Source: an uncultured Fibrobacteraceae bacterium (lineage in GTDB: Bacteria > Krumholzibacteriota > Krumholzibacteriia > LZORAL124-64-63). From it: 64,000 nucleotides of DNA. The stretch covers positions 14,160 through 78,159 of the forward strand of contig CAZSNA010000004.1 in the NCBI GenBank assembly GCA_964607825.1. Direction: 5' to 3'. The translations under genes and the position numbers were made by a program. The notes below the pieces were generated by a model. That model made no database searches. It was not told where the DNA came from and saw nothing but the letters and a program-made list of their open reading frames with translations. Positions 20,774 to 30,759 of this stretch are shown here, one piece after another. Numbering within the stretch: the stretch's first letter is position 1; each line of letters begins with the position of its first letter.

Positions 20774-21769
20774 ATGAACGGGTCAGGAGGGGACGGTCCC
20801 CGCGACATCCCCGAGATCAAGATTCCGCAGATCAACGCGGCGCTGCTGCAGCGCGGCGTGCTCGCACTGCTGGTCGTCGTCGCGGCGCTGACCAGCTTCT
20901 ACACCATCGAGCCGGAGGAGACCGGCCTCGTGCTGCGCTTCGGCCAGTACGTCCGCGCCACCGAGCCTGGGCTGCACTTCAAGATGCCCTTCGGGATCGA
21001 GCGCGTGATGAAGGTGCCCGTCCAGCGCCAGCTCAAGCAGGAGTTCGGCTTCCGCACCGTGCGGGCCGGCGTGCAGAGCCAGTACTCGACGCGGCCCTAC
21101 GCCGACGAGTCGAACATCCTCACCGGCGACCTCAACGTGGCCATGGTGGAGTGGGTGGTGCAGTACCGGGTCGTCGACCCCTACCGCTACCTGTTCCGCG
21201 TGCGCAACGTGACCGACACCTTCCGCGACATGAGCGAGGCGGTCATGCGGCAGATCGTGGGCGACCGCACCGTGAACGAGGTGCTGACCGTCGGCCGCGC
21301 CGAGACCGCCATGCAGATGCAGGTCCAGCTCCAGGAGCTCTGCGACCAGTACGAGACCGGCATCAAGGTGGAACAGGTGGTCCTGAAGGACGTGAACGCG
21401 CCCGATCCGGTGAAGCCGTCGTTCAACGAGGTGAACGAGGCCGAGCAGGAGAAGGCCCGCATGATCAACCAGGCCCAGAGCGAGTACAACAAGGTCGTGC
21501 CGCTGGCTCGCGGCGAGGCCCTGCAGACCATCCAGGAGGCCGAGGGCTACCGCATCGACCGCGTGAACCGCGCCCGCGGCGACAGCGCACGTTTCGTGGC
21601 GCTGTTCGAGGCCTACCGGCGCGCGCCCGAGGTGACGCGCCAGCGCATCTACCTCGAGACCATGGGCGAGGTGCTGCCGAAGGTGAGCGACAAGGTGATC
21701 GTCGACGGCGACCTGCGTTCGGTGCTGCCCCTGCTCGATCTGGGCGGGGCGAAGGGAGGTGAGCGGTGA
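20774..21769 (+). CDS. hflK: FtsH modulator HflK
   Basis: SPFH domain, ILTGDLN, VKPSFNEVNEAEQ, APEVTRQRIYLETM. Confidence 0.92.
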   Translation: MNGSGGDGPRDIPEIKIPQINAALLQRGVLALLVVVAALTSFYTIEPEETGLVLRFGQYVRATEPGLHFKMPFGIERVMKVPVQRQLKQEFGFRTVRAGVQSQYSTRPYADESNILTGDLNVAMVEWVVQYRVVDPYRYLFRVRNVTDTFRDMSEAVMRQIVGDRTVNEVLTVGRAETAMQMQVQLQELCDQYETGIKVEQVVLKDVNAPDPVKPSFNEVNEAEQEKARMINQAQSEYNKVVPLARGEALQTIQEAEGYRIDRVNRARGDSARFVALFEAYRRAPEVTRQRIYLETMGEVLPKVSDKVIVDGDLRSVLPLLDLGGAKGGER

Positions 21770-22704
21770 TGAGGCTAGGCATGCTGCTGATCATCGTCGT
21801 GGCGCTGGTCCTGCTCTCCAACACGTTCTACGTGGTCAAGGAGACCGAGCAGGTCATCATCACCCAGTTCGGAAAGCCGGTGGGCGACCCGGTGAACACG
21901 CCGGGGCTGAAGGCGAAGCTGCCCTTCCTGCAGACCGCCCACCGCTTCGACCGCCGTTTCCTGGAGTGGGACGGCGATCCCAACGAGCTGCCGACGAAGG
22001 ACAAGCGCTTCATCGGCGTCAACACCTACGCGCGCTGGCGCATCACCGACCCGCTGCTCTACTTCCAGCGGCTGCGGGACGAGCGCGGCGCCCAGACCCG
22101 TCTGGACGACATCCTCGACGGCGAGACCCGCAACGCCATCGCCAACTACGACCTGGTGGAGGTGGTCCGCACCTCCAACCGGGAGCCGGAGCACGGCGAT
22201 CTGCTGGCGGAGGAGCGGATCGATCTGGACGACATCATGCACGGCCGCGAGAAGATCCGCCTGGAGGTCCTGTCCACCGCACAGGCGCGTACCTCCGACC
22301 TGGGCATCGAGATCCTCGACGTCCAGTTCAAGCGCATCAACTACGTGGAGGACGTGCAGCGCAAGGTCTACGAGCGGATGATCGCCGAGCGCCGGCGCAT
22401 CGCCGACCGCTACCGTTCCGAGGGCCAGGGAGAGGCCTCGCGCATCAGCGGCGAGAAGGACCGCGACCTGCTGCAGATCCGCTCGGAGGCGTACCGCACC
22501 GCCGAGGAGATCAAGGGCGACGCCGACGCCACGGCCACCGGCATCTACGCCGCGGCCTACGACCGGTCGCCCCAGGCCCGGGCCTTCTACGAGTTCCTCA
22601 AGACCATGGAGAGCTACCCCGCCACCCTGGACGAGAACAGCACCCTGGTGCTCTCGACCGACGGGGAGTTCTACCGTTTCCTGACGGAGAGCGACGGGCG
22701 CTGA
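21766..22704 (+). CDS. hflC: FtsH modulator HflC
   Basis: VIITQFGKPV, TKDKR, YERMIAER, SEGQGEA, FYEFLKTMESY. Confidence 0.92.
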   Translation: MMRLGMLLIIVVALVLLSNTFYVVKETEQVIITQFGKPVGDPVNTPGLKAKLPFLQTAHRFDRRFLEWDGDPNELPTKDKRFIGVNTYARWRITDPLLYFQRLRDERGAQTRLDDILDGETRNAIANYDLVEVVRTSNREPEHGDLLAEERIDLDDIMHGREKIRLEVLSTAQARTSDLGIEILDVQFKRINYVEDVQRKVYERMIAERRRIADRYRSEGQGEASRISGEKDRDLLQIRSEAYRTAEEIKGDADATATGIYAAAYDRSPQARAFYEFLKTMESYPATLDENSTLVLSTDGEFYRFLTESDGR

Positions 22705-22723
22705 GCGGGCGTCCCCTCGCGAG

Positions 22724-22757
22724 AACGGCTCCTTCCCTGCGGGGAGGGAGCCGTTTC
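22724..22757 (+). terminator. Terminator hairpin after hflC
   Basis: AACGGCTCCTTCCC-TGCG-GGGAGGGAGCCGTT. Confidence 0.6.
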
Positions 22758-22832
22758 CGTGGGGCCGGTGGTCCCCGTCCGCCGGATCACGTATACTGAT
22801 GAGGCCCCTGTGATCAGCAACCCGGGAGAGAC

Positions 22833-24989
22833 ATGTTCCGACGCCGCTTCGCCCGCGCCGTCCTCACGGCGTGCGTTCTCGCCCTCGCGACCGGCCCCGC
22901 CGGCGGCGGCATCGAGCCGCCCAACGAGGCCGTCAACCTCAAGCACGTCGGGCACTGGCCCAACGGGGCCTGCTACGCGGCCTGCGTCCTGGGCAACACG
23001 GTGATCACGGGCAACGGGGCCGCGCTGGAGATCGTCTACTTTGCCGATCCCCAGTCGCCGACGCCGGTGGGACGCACCGTGCTCTCGAGCGAGATCTACG
23101 TCATCGCCGTGGAGGGGAACCACGCCTACGTGGGCGTCATCGACCACGGGCTCTACGTGGTGGACATCACCCATCCCGACGCGCCCGAGACGGTGGCCTA
23201 CCGCGACTATCCCTCGCGGATCTACAGCATCGTCGTGGAGGACGGCCTGGCGTGGCTGGCGGTCGGCGCCGCCGGCCTGCGCGTGCTGGACGTGAGCGAT
23301 CCGACCGATCCGCGGGAGATCTCCCGCTTCACCGAGGCGGGCTTCGTGATCGAGGCCGAGCTGCAGGGCGACACGGCCTACCTGTCGCTGGGCCTGGGCG
23401 GCGTGGCGGTCGTGGACGTGACCGATCCCGAGGCGCCCGCGCTGGTGAACCGGTTCCTGCCCTACGAGTCGGTCAACGGCACCTGCGCCGTCGGCGACCT
23501 GCTCTACTGCGCCGCCGGCTTCGACGGCGTAGGCGTGGTGGACGTGGGCGATCCGCTGGCGCCGGTCGTCCATCCGCACACCGTCATGACGGGCATCATC
23601 TGGGACGTGACCGCGGACGGGGGCTGGCTCTACGCCACGGGCTTCAACTGCGGCTTCAACGTCTTCGACCGGAGCGCGCCCACGGCGCCGGTCCCGGTCG
23701 GCGGGATCATCTACGCCAGCACCCTGAAGCCGGCCCTCGGCACCGGCCTGGTCTACGTGCCGACCAGCCCCCGGGGCCTGGCCGCGATAACCGTGGACGG
23801 TCTCGGCCAGGCGGCCCAGACGGGGGTCTACGACGAGGGCGGGCACTCCATGCGCGTGGACGTGACGGACGAGCGCGTCTACGTGGCCGGCCGCTACGAC
23901 GGCCTGCGCATCCTGGACTTCTCCCATCCCGCCGACATCGAGGAGCTGGGCCACTGGCCGCTGGAGCACGCCCGCGACGTGCGCGTGGCCGGCGACATCG
24001 CCTACGTGGCCGCCGAGCAGGAGGGGCTGGTCGTGCTGGACGTGAGCGACCCCTCGGCGCCCGCCGAGCTGGGACACCTGCCCTCGCTCTACGCCACCGG
24101 CGTCGAGCTCCGCGGCGACTACCTCTACCTGGCCGACCGGGCGCTGGGCGTGATCAGCGTCGACGTCTCCGATCCGACCGACCCCGTGGAGATCGGCGGC
24201 TACCAGACCATCGGCGACCACCTGCTCGACATCGTCATGCGCGACGCCTACCTCTTCCTGGCCTACGGGGGAGACGGCGTGCGCATCCTGCGGGTCAACA
24301 ACCCCGCCTCGCCGTACCTGATCGCCGAGATGAGCACCGAGGGCTTCAGCCAGGGCGTGGACGTGCAGGGCGACCTGCTGGCGGTGGCCGACGGGTCCAT
24401 GGGCGTGCGCCTGATGCACGTGGGCGACCCCGCCTCGCCCTTCGAGCTGTCGTTCTTCGACACCAAGGGCAACGCCGCCGGGGTCGACCTCTCGGGCGAC
24501 CACCTCTACGTGGCGTCCTACCCCTACGGCGTGATCGTGTACGACGCGGCGGATCCCACCGGCCCGATCGAGTGCGGTCGCTTCGACACCGCCGGCACGG
24601 CCCAGACCGTGACGGTCAGGCAGGACCTCGTCTACCTGGTGGACATGGAGGACGGGGTATGGCTGCTGGACCACGAAGAGGCCACCGGCGTGGACGGGCC
24701 CGGCGGCCCGCCGTCGCCCCTGGCCCTGAGCGCCAGCCCGAACCCCTTCAACCCGCGCACCCGGCTCGCCTTCTCGCTGCCGGAGGCGGGGACGGTGGAG
24801 GTGGCCGTCTACGCCCTCGACGGTCGCCGCGTGGCGCGCCCCCTGCTGCAGAGGCTGCCCCCGGGCCCCCACGCCCTCGACTGGTGGGGACGGGACGACG
24901 CGGGCCGCGCGTTGCCGAGCGGCGTCTACCTGGTGCGGGTGGTGTCGGGCGGCTGGTCAGACCGGCTGAAGGTCACGCTGGTCCGCTGA
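22833..24989 (+). CDS. Secreted LVIVD-repeat beta-propeller protein with FlgD-Ig/T9SS-like C-terminal domain
   Basis: Signal peptide, many AYVA....GL.(V/I)LDVSDP..P repeats, SPNPFNPRT C-terminal domain. Confidence 0.88.
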   Translation: MFRRRFARAVLTACVLALATGPAGGGIEPPNEAVNLKHVGHWPNGACYAACVLGNTVITGNGAALEIVYFADPQSPTPVGRTVLSSEIYVIAVEGNHAYVGVIDHGLYVVDITHPDAPETVAYRDYPSRIYSIVVEDGLAWLAVGAAGLRVLDVSDPTDPREISRFTEAGFVIEAELQGDTAYLSLGLGGVAVVDVTDPEAPALVNRFLPYESVNGTCAVGDLLYCAAGFDGVGVVDVGDPLAPVVHPHTVMTGIIWDVTADGGWLYATGFNCGFNVFDRSAPTAPVPVGGIIYASTLKPALGTGLVYVPTSPRGLAAITVDGLGQAAQTGVYDEGGHSMRVDVTDERVYVAGRYDGLRILDFSHPADIEELGHWPLEHARDVRVAGDIAYVAAEQEGLVVLDVSDPSAPAELGHLPSLYATGVELRGDYLYLADRALGVISVDVSDPTDPVEIGGYQTIGDHLLDIVMRDAYLFLAYGGDGVRILRVNNPASPYLIAEMSTEGFSQGVDVQGDLLAVADGSMGVRLMHVGDPASPFELSFFDTKGNAAGVDLSGDHLYVASYPYGVIVYDAADPTGPIECGRFDTAGTAQTVTVRQDLVYLVDMEDGVWLLDHEEATGVDGPGGPPSPLALSASPNPFNPRTRLAFSLPEAGTVEVAVYALDGRRVARPLLQRLPPGPHALDWWGRDDAGRALPSGVYLVRVVSGGWSDRLKVTLVR

Positions 24990-25467
24990 GCTCCGACTCG
25001 GAGAGGATCATCCCCAGGATACGCTCGAGCCCCGCGCGGTCGGCCTCGCCGAAGGCGTCGAACTCCGTGGAATCCACGTCCAGCACGCCCACCACGCCGC
25101 CCGCGGCGTCGCGCAGGGGCACCACGATCTCGCTGTTGGACCGGCCGTCGCAGGCCACGTGGCCGGGGAAGGCGTGCACGTCGGGCACGATCACCGTCTC
25201 GGCGCGTTCGACGCCCGCCCAGCACACGCCCTCGGGTCCCTCGAGCACCGCGCAGGCCAGCGGCCCCTGGTAGGGGCCCACCAGCAGGACGTCCCCGTCC
25301 AGCAGGTAGAATCCCGTCCAGAAGTAATGGGACATCTTGTGGTGCAGGACGGCGACGGCGGTGGCCATGCGGGCCAGGGGGTCGTCGGTCTTGCGGAACA
25401 GCTCGGCGAGCTGGTCGGCGATGCGGTCGTAGCGCCCGGCGCGGGCGTCGTCGTCGCGAGTCGTCAT
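24973..25467 (-). CDS. GAF-domain protein, free methionine-R-sulfoxide reductase-like
   Basis: WTGFYL, GPYQGPLAC, GVC, FPGHVACD..SNSEIVVP, VLDVDS. Confidence 0.85.
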   Translation of the reverse strand: MTTRDDDARAGRYDRIADQLAELFRKTDDPLARMATAVAVLHHKMSHYFWTGFYLLDGDVLLVGPYQGPLACAVLEGPEGVCWAGVERAETVIVPDVHAFPGHVACDGRSNSEIVVPLRDAAGGVVGVLDVDSTEFDAFGEADRAGLERILGMILSESELSGPA

Positions 25468-25994
25468 GCGCCGGCCTCGACGACGGTCTTCAGCTTGGCC
25501 AGTCCGTTCTCGAACATGGGGCCGGTCCAGGCGTCCATGACCAGGCCCATGTAGCGGGCGATGATGTTGCGGCCCATGTCGCCGTCCATGGCCCACACCA
25601 CGCGGGTGCCGCCCTCGGCCGGGTGGTAGGCGATCTCGCCCGTGCTCACGTACTGTCCCTGGTTGAAGTCCATGTCGTAGGCCACGCCCCGGGCGGGGTC
25701 GCAGAGGGTGAAGGTCAGCTGCCCGGAGCCGGACTCGCCCGTCCACGACTGATGGGCGCCCACGCCCGTGGTCGACGCGCCGAGGGTCACCTCGATGGTG
25801 GGGTCCTGCTCTAGCCAGGGGGTCCAGGCGTCCCAGGCCGCCAGGTCGCCCACGTGGGCGTGGACGGCCTCGGGGGAGGCGGCGATGAGCGTCTCGCGCT
25901 CCACGTGATAGGCGGACGGCAGGAACAGGCCGACCAGCGCCAGCAGCGCCAGCACGGACACGACGAAGATGATGATGCCCTTGAGCCACTTCAT
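25464..25994 (-). CDS. SRPBCC-family protein with N-terminal anchor
   Basis: HVERETLIAASPE, W.AWTPW, GPMFENGLAKLK. Confidence 0.8.
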   Translation of the reverse strand: MKWLKGIIIFVVSVLALLALVGLFLPSAYHVERETLIAASPEAVHAHVGDLAAWDAWTPWLEQDPTIEVTLGASTTGVGAHQSWTGESGSGQLTFTLCDPARGVAYDMDFNQGQYVSTGEIAYHPAEGGTRVVWAMDGDMGRNIIARYMGLVMDAWTGPMFENGLAKLKTVVEAGA

Positions 25995-26064
25995 GGGGCG
26001 TATCTCCTCGAAAGGGGGGTGCGTTCACGGAAGGGCACACGATAGCGAAAACCGCGCGGGACGA

Positions 26065-27003
26065 CTAGTCGAGCAGCAGCTGCGCCAGCGCGGCCGCGTT
26101 CATCAGCAGCGCCACGCCCATGTGCAGCGTCGTCCCGCCCAGGACGCAGCGGCTGGCGTAGGCGATCACGCCCAGGATGTAGCCCCCGAACACCGACCCC
26201 AGCGCCTCGGGCATGGGCTTGCCGAAATGCCACACGGCGTAGAGGCAGACCATGGGCAGGATCGCCCCGCGCCCCAGCCAGCGCATCAGCCCGATCACCA
26301 GGAAGCCGCGGAAGAACACCTCCACGCCCACGAAGCGCAGGGCGTAGCAGACCTCGTGCAGGCTCCAGGTCCAGACCGTGGACCAGCCCGTGGCCGCCTC
26401 CACCGGGCCGGGCCTGTAGATGGGGTACATGGACATGAACGAGGGCTGGAACGAGGCCCAGACGATGGGCGGCGTCATGATCGCCAGCATCAACGCGTAG
26501 GGCCGCCAGGTGAAGCGCCGACGCGAGAAGCCGTAGAGGTCGGGCTGGCCGCGGTCCAGCAGCCGCCGGCCGATCTCCAGCGGGACCAGGAAGGCCGCCG
26601 CCCGCACCAGGTTGATCATCACCTTGTCGACGTACCACGCCTCGGCCCGCCCCAGCTCCAGCCCGTCGAACAGGCGGGGGGCCAGCGATAGGGCGGTGCG
26701 GTTGAACGTCAGCAGCAGCAGGGCCGCGACGCTCACGATCCAGAAGCGCGGGTCGCGGGGGAGCGGCCGTCGCGTGAAGCGGGCCTGCAGGAGCAGCGCG
26801 CCGTACCAGGGCAGTCCGTAGAAGCCCATGTACATGACGATCTCGAGCCAGGTGCCCGGATGGGCGTTCATCACCTCGCGCTTGAAGTCCACCGAGTAGT
26901 TGTAGACGAAGGCCGCCGTCAGCAGCACCGCCAGCAGGGCGTGGAGCCCCGGATGGACGTGTTCGCGCAGGTGGGTGCGCAGGTAGTCGACGATGGCGCG
27001 CAT
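26065..27003 (-). CDS. CPBP (CAAX/Abi)-family intramembrane glutamic endopeptidase
   Basis: EVFFRGFL, WHFGKP..E, LHMG motifs and TM helices. The real gene is the last 312 aa of the 1532-aa shadow ORF. Confidence 0.8.
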   Translation of the reverse strand: MRAIVDYLRTHLREHVHPGLHALLAVLLTAAFVYNYSVDFKREVMNAHPGTWLEIVMYMGFYGLPWYGALLLQARFTRRPLPRDPRFWIVSVAALLLLTFNRTALSLAPRLFDGLELGRAEAWYVDKVMINLVRAAAFLVPLEIGRRLLDRGQPDLYGFSRRRFTWRPYALMLAIMTPPIVWASFQPSFMSMYPIYRPGPVEAATGWSTVWTWSLHEVCYALRFVGVEVFFRGFLVIGLMRWLGRGAILPMVCLYAVWHFGKPMPEALGSVFGGYILGVIAYASRCVLGGTTLHMGVALLMNAAALAQLLLD

Positions 27004-27249
27004 GCGTCTCCCGGACAACGGGTTCGGAGGATCGGCCCAGGGAAGCATATCCGGCCGCAAAAAGGAAGCGCCGCCGCCCGGCTTGCGTCCGTCCGGGCGG
27101 TTGGTGTAGTGTCGGCATTCTGAAAACAGCCTTGCGATATCATCGGCCGTAAGAGCGGCCGTTCGATGGAAACGAACCGAGAGGAGCGCCATCCAAACAC
27201 ACGCGACGGTCCCGCGGGGCCTCGCACCACTTTCGAATGGGGGGACATC

Positions 27250-30200
27250 ATGTACCGTACACGAGCGCCCGCCTATGCCCTGGCGGCCCTGCTGCTGCTG
27301 GCCATGCCGGCCCTGGCCGACTGGGACGACGGGCAACCCGCCAAGTGGGTCCAATGGCCCGACCTGACGCCGATGGGCATCGACGTCAACTGCTCGAACC
27401 ACCTCGACGACTACATCCTGGCCGACGATTTCGAATGCACGGAGCCCGGACTGATCACCGGAATCCACATCTGGGGCTCCTGGCTGCAGGACGAACTTCC
27501 CCTGGACGGGAACCCCGAAGCCCTCACCTTCACCCTCAGCCTCCACGCCGACATCCCCGCCGACCAGAATCCCCTGGGCTACAGCATGCCGGGCGAGTTG
27601 TTGTGGATGCGCACCTTCCAGCCCGGCGAGTTCAGCGCCCGCGTCTGGGAGGCCGGCCTGATGGAAGGCTGGATGAATCCGCCCGAGGACTACATGTTCC
27701 CGGGCGACACCGTCTGCTGGCAGTACAACTTCTTCATCTCGCCCGAGGAGGCCTTCGAGCAGGTCGGCACGCCCGACGAGCCGGTCGTCTACTGGCTCGA
27801 CGTGGAGGCCACCCTGCCCCACGACCAGATCGCCTTCGGCTGGAAGACCTCCATGGACCACTGGAACGACGACGCCGTCTGGGGCGTCGGTCCCGAGCCC
27901 TACATGGGGCCGTGGTACGAGCTGGTCTACCCGCCCATGCACGAGCTGGCCGGGCAGTCCATCGACCTGGCCTTCGTGATCCAGAGCGAACCCCTGCAGG
28001 AGGAGCTGGACTACGGCGACGCGCCCGACGCGGTCGGCGCGCTCTCCTATCCGACGCTCCTGATCAACAACGGCGCGCGCCATGTCCTGGACTCGACCGT
28101 CTACATGGGCACGGGCCTCGACGCCGAGCCCGACGGCCTGCCCTCCGGCCTGGCCGACGGCGACGACAACAACGGCATCGACGACGAGGACGGCGTGAAC
28201 CTGCATCTGCCCTGGCAGCTCGGCCAGGCGGTCACCTTCGACGTCACCGTATCGACGAACGGGTACATCGACGCCTGGGTCGACTGGAACCTGGACGGCG
28301 ACTGGGCCGATGCGAACGAACAGGTCGTCACCGCCTACAACACCGGCGGCGGCGGGACCTACTACTTCGGCACCAGCATCCCCTACTCGGCCCCGGTCGG
28401 TCAGACCTACATGCGGGTCCGCTTCAACACCATGGGCGGCCTGCCCTATGACGGACCGGCTCCCGACGGCGAGGTCGAGGACTACTTCGTCGAGATCGAA
28501 CCGGAGCCCTTCGACTGGAAGTGGGAGCAGCCGCCCGATCTGACCCCCATGGGGATCGACATCAACGGCTCGCCCCTGCCGGGCGACTACATCCTGGCCG
28601 ACGATTTCCTCTGCACCGAGCGGGGCCGGATCACGGTCGTGCGCGTGTGGGGCTCGTGGCTGGGCGACTACCTGCCGTTCGAGGAGTTCCCGGACCAGGT
28701 CAAGTTCACCCTGAGCTTCCACGGCGACATCCCCGCCGACCAGAACCCCGACGGCTACAGCATGCCGGACGATGTCCTCTGGATGCGTGATTTCCATCCG
28801 GGCGAGTACACGGCCGAGATCTGGCAGGACCAGATCGTGGAAGGCTGGATGGACCCGCCGGAGGACTACGTCTTCCCGGGCGACACGGTCTGCTGGGTCT
28901 ACGAGTTCTTCATCCCGGAGGAGGAGGCCTTCCTGCAGCTCGGCGACGAGGCGAACCCCGTCGTCTACTGGCTGGACGTGAAGGCCGAGCCCTTCGATCC
29001 CCAGGCCCTCTGGGGCTGGAAGACCTCCGAGATCCACTGGAACGACGACGCGGTCTTCGGCCACGGCGCCGAGCCGTATGCCGGTCCGTGGTACGAGTTG
29101 ATCTACCCGCCGAACCACGAGCTCCACGGCCAGTCCATCGACCTGGCCTTCGCGCTCGAGGGCGTTCCCGAGCCGGCGGAGCTGGACTTCGGCGACGCGC
29201 CCGACGGCGCGGCGGCGCCCGGCTATCCGACCTATCTGGCCAACGCCGGCGCCAACCACGTGATCGTGCCGGGCTTCTTCCTCGGCAACTCCGTCGACGC
29301 CGAACCCGACGGCCAGCCCGACGCGGCGGCCACCGGCGACGACACCGACGGCAACGACGACGAGGACGGTGTGACCTTCGTGTCGCCCCTGCGCCCCGGC
29401 TGCGTCGCCTACGTCGACGTGACCGCGAGCGCCGCGGGCATGCTCGACGCCTGGATCGACTACGGCACCGATCAGAGCTGGGCCGAGTTCGGCGATCAGA
29501 TCTTCGCCGCGCAACCGCTCAACCCCGGTCTGAACCACCTGTCCTTCGTGGTGCCGGCCGGTACGGCCCAGGGCATCACGACCTTCGCGCGTTTCCGGTT
29601 GAGTTCCGTCGGCGGGCTCCCTTCGACCGGCCCGGCCCACGACGGCGAGGTCGAGGACCACATGGTGACGATCGAGGAGCGCTACACCCTGAAGTGGCTC
29701 CAGAACCCCGATCTGAGCCCCATGGGCATCGACGTGGCGGCCTGCGTGTCGCCGCCGGGCGACGACTACCTGTTGGCCGACGACTTCCTCTGCACCACCA
29801 CCGGCCCGATCACGGACATCCGGATCTGGGGCTCCTGGCTGAACGACTACCTGCCGTTCGGACAGGATCCGCGCGCCATGCGCTTCATCCTGAGCATCCA
29901 CGCGGACATCCCCGCCGGGGTGGTCGAGGAATGGAGCATGCCTGGCGACGTGCTGTGGTTCAGGGAGTTCGGTCCCGGCGAGTTCCAGGTCGAGCCCTAC
30001 GCCGAGCAGATCGTCGAAGGGTTCATGTATCCGCCGGACATGTACCTCTTCCCGGCGGACTGGACCTGCTGGCTCTACGAGTTCCACGTCGATCCCCACC
30101 TGGCGTTCAAGCAGGAGGGCACCGAGGACGAGCCCATCGTCTACTGGCTGGACCTGAAGGCCTTCCCGGACGATCCGGAGGCGCAGTTCGGCTGGAAGAC

Positions 30201-30657
30201 CTCGGTCGACCACTGGAACGACGACGCGGTCTGGGGCCTGGGCATGGAGCCCTACTTCGGACCGTGGTGGGAGCTGAGGTACCCGCCGGGCCACGAGCTG
30301 TTCGGCCAGTCCATCGATCTGGCCTTCGCCATCCTCGAGGACCCGGTCACCGGTGTGCCCGAGGGCCCGGTGCCCGACAAGTTCGGCCTGCGCCAGAACG
30401 TGCCCAACCCCTTCAACCCGCGCACGGAGATCCGCTACGACGTGCCCGCCGGCGGCGGCCACGTCCGACTCGAGATCTACGACGCCATGGGACGGAGGGT
30501 GCGCACGCTGGTCGACGGCCATGTGCCGGAAGGCGAGCGGACGGCGGTCTGGGACGGTCAGAACGACCGCGGCCAGGCCCTGTCCACGGGCGTCTACTTC
30601 GCGCGTCTCTACGCGGAGGGCGTCCACAGGTCCGTGAAGATGGTGCTGCTGCGGTAG
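27250..30657 (+). CDS. Large acidic secreted repeat protein: A-GEVED-A-GEVED-A plus FlgD-Ig/T9SS-like C-terminal domain
   Basis: Signal peptide. Three ~220-aa repeats (KW.Q.PDL.PMGID..LADDF.C..WGSW..YWLD..GWKTS..HWNDDAV..DLAF). Two DYGDAP...GEVED modules. Ends NVPNPFNPRT. Confidence 0.88.
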   Translation: MYRTRAPAYALAALLLLAMPALADWDDGQPAKWVQWPDLTPMGIDVNCSNHLDDYILADDFECTEPGLITGIHIWGSWLQDELPLDGNPEALTFTLSLHADIPADQNPLGYSMPGELLWMRTFQPGEFSARVWEAGLMEGWMNPPEDYMFPGDTVCWQYNFFISPEEAFEQVGTPDEPVVYWLDVEATLPHDQIAFGWKTSMDHWNDDAVWGVGPEPYMGPWYELVYPPMHELAGQSIDLAFVIQSEPLQEELDYGDAPDAVGALSYPTLLINNGARHVLDSTVYMGTGLDAEPDGLPSGLADGDDNNGIDDEDGVNLHLPWQLGQAVTFDVTVSTNGYIDAWVDWNLDGDWADANEQVVTAYNTGGGGTYYFGTSIPYSAPVGQTYMRVRFNTMGGLPYDGPAPDGEVEDYFVEIEPEPFDWKWEQPPDLTPMGIDINGSPLPGDYILADDFLCTERGRITVVRVWGSWLGDYLPFEEFPDQVKFTLSFHGDIPADQNPDGYSMPDDVLWMRDFHPGEYTAEIWQDQIVEGWMDPPEDYVFPGDTVCWVYEFFIPEEEAFLQLGDEANPVVYWLDVKAEPFDPQALWGWKTSEIHWNDDAVFGHGAEPYAGPWYELIYPPNHELHGQSIDLAFALEGVPEPAELDFGDAPDGAAAPGYPTYLANAGANHVIVPGFFLGNSVDAEPDGQPDAAATGDDTDGNDDEDGVTFVSPLRPGCVAYVDVTASAAGMLDAWIDYGTDQSWAEFGDQIFAAQPLNPGLNHLSFVVPAGTAQGITTFARFRLSSVGGLPSTGPAHDGEVEDHMVTIEERYTLKWLQNPDLSPMGIDVAACVSPPGDDYLLADDFLCTTTGPITDIRIWGSWLNDYLPFGQDPRAMRFILSIHADIPAGVVEEWSMPGDVLWFREFGPGEFQVEPYAEQIVEGFMYPPDMYLFPADWTCWLYEFHVDPHLAFKQEGTEDEPIVYWLDLKAFPDDPEAQFGWKTSVDHWNDDAVWGLGMEPYFGPWWELRYPPGHELFGQSIDLAFAILEDPVTGVPEGPVPDKFGLRQNVPNPFNPRTEIRYDVPAGGGHVRLEIYDAMGRRVRTLVDGHVPEGERTAVWDGQNDRGQALSTGVYFARLYAEGVHRSVKMVLLR

Positions 30658-30683
30658 CGCCATCCGGATCGCGGCGCTTCACG

Positions 30684-30714
30684 AGGGCCCCGGGAGTGAT
30701 CCCGGGGCCCTTTG
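30684..30714 (+). terminator. Intrinsic terminator
   Basis: AGGGCCCCGGGA-GTGA-TCCCGGGGCCCT followed by TTGT. Confidence 0.75.
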
Positions 30715-30759
30715 TGCGGGGACGGCGATGTGATAAGCTGCCAGGAAGGGGGTTATGAC

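Noticed and set aside
27300-30330. Internal DNA repeats as a CRISPR array or DGR template/variable repeats
   Set aside because: They are in-frame protein domain repeats; there are no spacers, cas genes or reverse transcriptase in the window.
26065-30663. 1532-aa minus-strand ORF and other long ORFs (2639-5089, 11814-14384, 16641-19133, 41022-43700, 60691-62994)
   Set aside because: Antisense or alternate-frame shadows of real genes, typical of high-GC DNA, with Arg/Gly/Ala-rich or His/Val/Gln-rich nonsense composition. Only 26065-27003 of the first is a real gene.
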